Assembly: GCA_964252035.1 (NCBI GenBank)
Contig: OZ176205.1
DNA from: Podarcis erhardii
Lineage: Eukaryota
DNA length: 64,000 nucleotides
Strand: one strand, 5' to 3'
Part shown: piece after piece, positions 59,801 to 64,000 of the stretch
Numbering within the stretch: position 1 is the first letter of the stretch
Layout of the letters: each line of letters opens with the position of its first letter
The notes under the pieces: model-generated
What the model was told of the DNA's origin: nothing
The model's database searches: none
Seen by the model: only the letters and a program-made list of their open reading frames with translations
Position numbers and translations under genes: made by a program

Positions 59801-60157
59801 CTGTGGAGAAGAGCAGCACAGAATTAGTTCCCAAGGCCTCCTAGCCATCCAAAAGAATTCTGGTGGTCACAGCCCTAATGCTGTATGTCCCACAACAACC
59901 CTTTCATCTTCTGATCATTCGGACGCATATAACCGTTGTAGCGCTAGCATTTGAAGGGTGGGAGAAATACAATTAAAGGCAACTACATTGCCCTGTTTAT
60001 CTGTTTCACTTCTTCAAACCATTCTCTAGCCTCAAACTGATAGTGAAGATGAGGCAGGAGAGCAAGGCTTTAATTTTGAGCAAGTGGTATGTGTGTTCTC
60101 TTAAAAATGCATGAATTCAAGCATTTCTGCCATGTGGTGTGACTTAATCTCTAAATA

Positions 60158-60385
60158 CAGTGGTACCTCAGGTTACATACGCTTCAGGTTACATACGCTT
60201 CAGGTTACAGACTCCGCTAACCCAGAAATAATACCTCGGGTTAAGAACTTTGCTTCAGGATGAGAACAGAAATCATGCTCCGGCGGCGCGGCAGCAGCAG
60301 CAGGAGGCCCCATTAGCTAAGGTGGTGCTTCAGGTTAAGAACAGACCTCCAGAACGAATTAAGTACTTAACCCGAGGTACCACTG
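60158..60385. mobile_element. Tc1/mariner (Tigger-like) MITE
   Basis: TA|cagtggtacctc...gaggtaccactg|TA; internal 16-bp duplication caggttacatacgctt. Confidence 0.87.
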
Positions 60386-60865
60386 TACTGGGTCTCAACT
60401 TTGTCTGGAGCTAATGCTCATGTCCTCTCACAAAGAAGTGATTCCCCCATCTATGGGTGTAGGAGAAATAATTGTTGCTTCTCAGTAGGCAGACCATGGC
60501 ATTTTGCATATGCTTTAAAGGCACACTTTTGTGTACAAATCGAATTCAAATTCTGATGCTGGGGGGGGGGGGCGGAATTGTAGCTTGCAAATTCAAGAAG
60601 TCACTAGCCTCTACTGGCAGAGACATGTTCCCCGGAAAAGTAACTCCCAAGTTCCCCAAGGTCACATAATGTACTTTGCCAACGCTGACCACTTTACGGG
60701 AACATCCTTGAACAGGCACTCATGCAGCCATTTCAAAGCTATTTCAAAGTTTCGTAAGAAGAATCCCTACACTGAGTAAAGCACACACATCTTGAAGACT
60801 AATTGAATACACTAATCTGGGGAAGTACACAAAGATGGGGGAAGGGGCCATCAACTTTGTTCCAG

Positions 60866-60866
<1 letters not shown>

Positions 60867-60911
<45 letters not shown>

Positions 60912-60916
60912 ATTGT
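60867..60916. repeat. (TTG)n microsatellite
   Basis: Direct reading. Confidence 0.97.
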
Positions 60917-61602
60917 TATATATTAGATTTGTATATCGCCCAAATCTTTTGGGAGCTGAAAAGTAGGGTATAAGTATATTAAAATAAATAAAATAAATTT
61001 CAATTGCAACACTAGTTCTTTTCTGATATGAACAGACCACTCATTCTCAAAGGCAGATTCTTGGTTGACTCTGATTCTCAAACAGTCAGCATCCTGTTGC
61101 ATTTAAAAGGGGACCATAAACATAATATCTATTACAGCTAGAGCCAATTTTTTTCCAAATTTTTCTGAGAATACACCTGATGACATTTCATAAAGCATTT
61201 CAAGAATTCTTTTCCTTTTTCTCAGCCTCCTAGAAAAAGAAGGCCACTTTGCGTAATTCCCCCCTGCCCCATTATTATTTTTTGTGGCAGCTGCCATCTC
61301 AGCTCCACAATGTCCTGGAACACTGGCATTGTGGGGGATGTAGAATGATGGCCAGGCTGCCACTACGACAAAAAAAGAGGAAAGAGTCTATGCAACTTGT
61401 CATTGCTAACGGTGAGTGCCATGCCCGGGAAACTGCTGGAGAATTTCTTTTCCCTCTGGAGAAACTGTGTGAAATGGCACCCCACCTACTCAGTTTCTGT
61501 GCCCACAAATAGGGTGGAGAATTTCAAGAGGCCATTTGTACACAAGTCTAATTTCTAACATTCCATACAGATTCCCTGTGGCACTCTGCAACTGCGTATC
61601 AC

Positions 61603-61742
61603 CTCCATTGAAAACCGACGCTGGTTGCCATTTCGGTAACGCACAGCGGTTGGGGACGGGCCTTCCAAAGGCGAAGTGGAGCTGGGCTGCGTCTGGATGT
61701 CCCTGTTCAGATGACTCAGATGCAGGCGCCCTTGTGCCATAT
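61603..61742 (-). CDS. CDK18: CDK18 exon (human exon 3 equivalent), 140 nt
   Basis: ctcatcag|AT ... ATG GAG|GTGATA; encodes (D)MAQGRLHLSHLNRDIQTQPSSTSPLEGPSPTAVRYRNGNQRRFSME. The C-terminal NQRRFSME matches CDK18. The preceding coding exon is outside the window. Confidence 0.88.
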
Positions 61743-62284
61743 CTGATGAGAATAGAAAAGCAGATAGCAATTGATCAGATGATTCCACAGACTGTCAACA
61801 CTTTGGACAGTTTGGAGTCACTGCTGAGAGGAATGAAGGCAAACAAAGTGACCTTTTTGCTCTAACCTTTTTAATCCGTTCTATCCTGAGCACTTAGGAC
61901 ACTTAACTATACTTTCGACTTAACACTATACATTATTTAAGAAATTTACAGCTGGAAAAAAACTTAACTAGTTAAATCCATCTTCCAGGTTAAGCACTAC
62001 CTTGCATCTGGATACTGCAGCTCACAGAGACTTGGTCATTTACATGACCTTCTAGCACTTTTATTAGTTCCCAAATGGCACCCGTAAGAAAGGACAGCCC
62101 CAAACTTGCCAGAAGTCTTCACCTGCTGCTTCCATTTCAATGAGCACACACATGAAGCAACAACCAATTGCCATTTCCTATCATACGTTGTTTCAGCAAA
62201 CAGACACCCATATTCTATACTCATCAGAGGTGACTGCACACATGGTCTCCCAAAGCAAAAAATAATGCCCATATAAGAAACCAT

Positions 62285-62642
62285 GCGGGACGCGGGTGGC
62301 GCTGTGGGTTAAACCACAGAGCCTAGGACTTGCCAATCAGAAGGTCGGCAGTTCGAATCCCCACGACGGGGTGAGCTCCCGTTGCTCGGTCCCTGCTCCT
62401 GCCCACCTAGCAGTTCGAAAGAACGTCAAAGTGCAAGTAGATAAATAGGTACCACTCCGGCGGGAAGGTAAACTGTGTTTCCGTGCGCTGCTCTGGTTCA
62501 CCAGAAGCGGCTTAGTCATGCTGGCCACATGACCTGGAAGCTGTACACTGGCTCCCTTGGCCAATAAAGCGAGATGAGCGCCGCAACCCCAGAGTCGGTC
62601 ACAACTGGACCTAATGGTCAGGGGTCCCTTTACCTTTAGCTT
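62285..62642 (+). mobile_element. Full-length Sauria-type (Squam1/POM-like) tRNA-derived SINE
   Basis: Pol III A/B boxes (gtggcgctgtgggtt, gttcgaatcc) and an (ACCTTT) tail; TSD taagaaaccat/taagaaactat at 62274-62284 and 62643-62653. Confidence 0.88.
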
Positions 62643-63619
62643 TAAGAAACTATAGGAGTGAAGCAGCCCTCAGACATAACTGAAAGAGGGACTCAAAAGG
62701 CTTTGAGTGGCAGAGAAGCCTGAAACATTTTATAAAAAATTCCCCATGTTTGTAGCTTAACGCAGCTCTTACCAATTTTATTTTATAATTTTTTGTATAT
62801 GGCATACTAGTAAATTAAGCTGCTATTCCGAAAGCACAGATCTGTTTCTGGTTGCTGTGCTACATGGAGTTCCCCCTACCCAACCCAAGACTAAAAGAGG
62901 CCAGGATAGAATCCCCACAGCCCCACATTCTGTTTCGTGCTGGAATGTTGGCAACTATTATGAAGTAAACATCATGCCTCATGTTATGAGTGCTAAGTGC
63001 CAAAGTGTTCAATTCTCCAATTTCCCTACTGATTAGTGAATCTTAGGCTATATGCACACCCCGTTCCATTTTTCTGGGTGACCTAGAAATGCCATAACCA
63101 TTCGGGGGTACACTTTGAAGGAGTGGCACACCAATGTCCCAGTTTCAGAACTGCTCCATCCACTATAAGTGGGGTGTGTGTTCTATCCAGGTGTTAACTT
63201 AAGGACCCAGGCTCATTGAAAGTGTCCTAAAAACTTCCACTAAACCTCCCACATAGAGCACACTAGCCAGTAGCAATGATGGTGTGAAGGCCCAAATGTA
63301 TTTTAATGTGCCACACCAAACAGGAAGGATTGTCACAAGCCTTCTCCCCAGAAGAAGATGGTCGCAAACTGCTGTGCATGAGGGAACTGGTCTAGATAAT
63401 GCTTGTGTTTTCCCCAGGTTTGATTCCCCCCCCCCAGGCTATTGAGAGTGACATTTGTCATATCAAAGGTCCCTAATTCTAGTCGGCAGCTACGGCAAAA
63501 TATGGCAGCTGTGAAAAGAGACCTTTGGGGAGGATGCAGTGTGGTGTAGTGGTTGGAGTGTTGGACAAGGACCCACCCTTGCACTAGTCACCATCTCTCA
63601 GCCTAACATATATCAGTGA

Positions 63620-64000
63620 AGGTGGTGAATGTCCCATGTGAGTGTCTGGAGGCGGTTGGAGGATGGATGGTGGCTAATGAATTGAGGCTGAATCCTGACA
63701 AGACAGAAGTACTGTTTTGGGGGTACAGGGGGCGAGCGGGTGTGGGGGACTCCCTGTTCCTAAATGGTGTAACTGTGTCCCTGAAGGACCAGGTGCGCAG
63801 CCTGGGAGTCATTTTGGACTCTCAGCTGTCCATGGAGGCACAGGTCAATTCTGTGTCCAGGGCAGCTGTCTACCAGCTCCACCTGGTACGCTGGCTGAGA
63901 CCCTACCTGCCTGTGGACACTCTCGCCAAAGTGGTGCATGCTCTGGTTATCTCCTACTTGGACTACTGCAATGCGCTCTACATGGGGCTGCCTTTGAAGG
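63620..64000 (+). mobile_element. L2 LINE ORF2 fragment, running off the window
   Basis: Open frame GWMVANELRLNPDKTEVL...VRSLGVILDSQLSMEAQV...LVISYLDYCNALYMGLPLK, typical of the L2 RT C-terminal region. Confidence 0.88.

Noticed and set aside
59595-59954. 119-aa plus-strand ORF
   Set aside because: Antisense shadow of CDK18 exon 4.
61741-61765. CTGATGA...GAAA hammerhead-like words (also at about 6760)
   Set aside because: No stem II, stem I or UH cleavage context can be formed.
1-64000. CRISPR arrays, rRNA, intact tRNA, snRNA or snoRNA genes, and an additional protein-coding gene between CDK18 and MFSD4A
   Set aside because: No repeat-spacer arrays or recognisable structural RNA genes were found, and intergenic ORFs are short with no recognisable domains apart from retroelement remnants.

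Overview
Vertebrate genomic DNA from a squamate reptile, probably a lacertid lizard (inferred from Sauria-type and Squam3-type SINEs, BovB, CR1, L2 and L1). Two minus-strand genes are present in the human 1q32 order. CDK18 (PCTAIRE-3) contributes 14 coding exons, 61742 down to the stop at 43349, all GT-AG with consistent phases; its first coding exon lies beyond the window. MFSD4A contributes coding exon 1 (11839-11607) under a CpG island; exon 2 lies before position 1. The rest is intronic or intergenic and rich in repeats. The most striking structure is in CDK18 intron 13. It is a young Penelope-like retroelement insertion (48009-48590, 12-13 bp TSD) forming a perfect 266-bp inverted repeat, and each arm carries an intact minimal type I hammerhead ribozyme motif. 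PLE-associated hammerheads are a known class, so this is a notable instance rather than a new system. Other leads: an RE1/REST site beside a CCAAT+GC-box module about 8.6 kb upstream of MFSD4A; a hAT MITE whose flank is duplicated in inverted orientation; a pre-miRNA-sized hairpin downstream of the CDK18 stop; and a textbook minus-strand poly(A) site 10 kb past that stop. Repeat boundaries without a TSD are approximate. All family names and comparisons to human proteins are from recalled consensus, not database searches.
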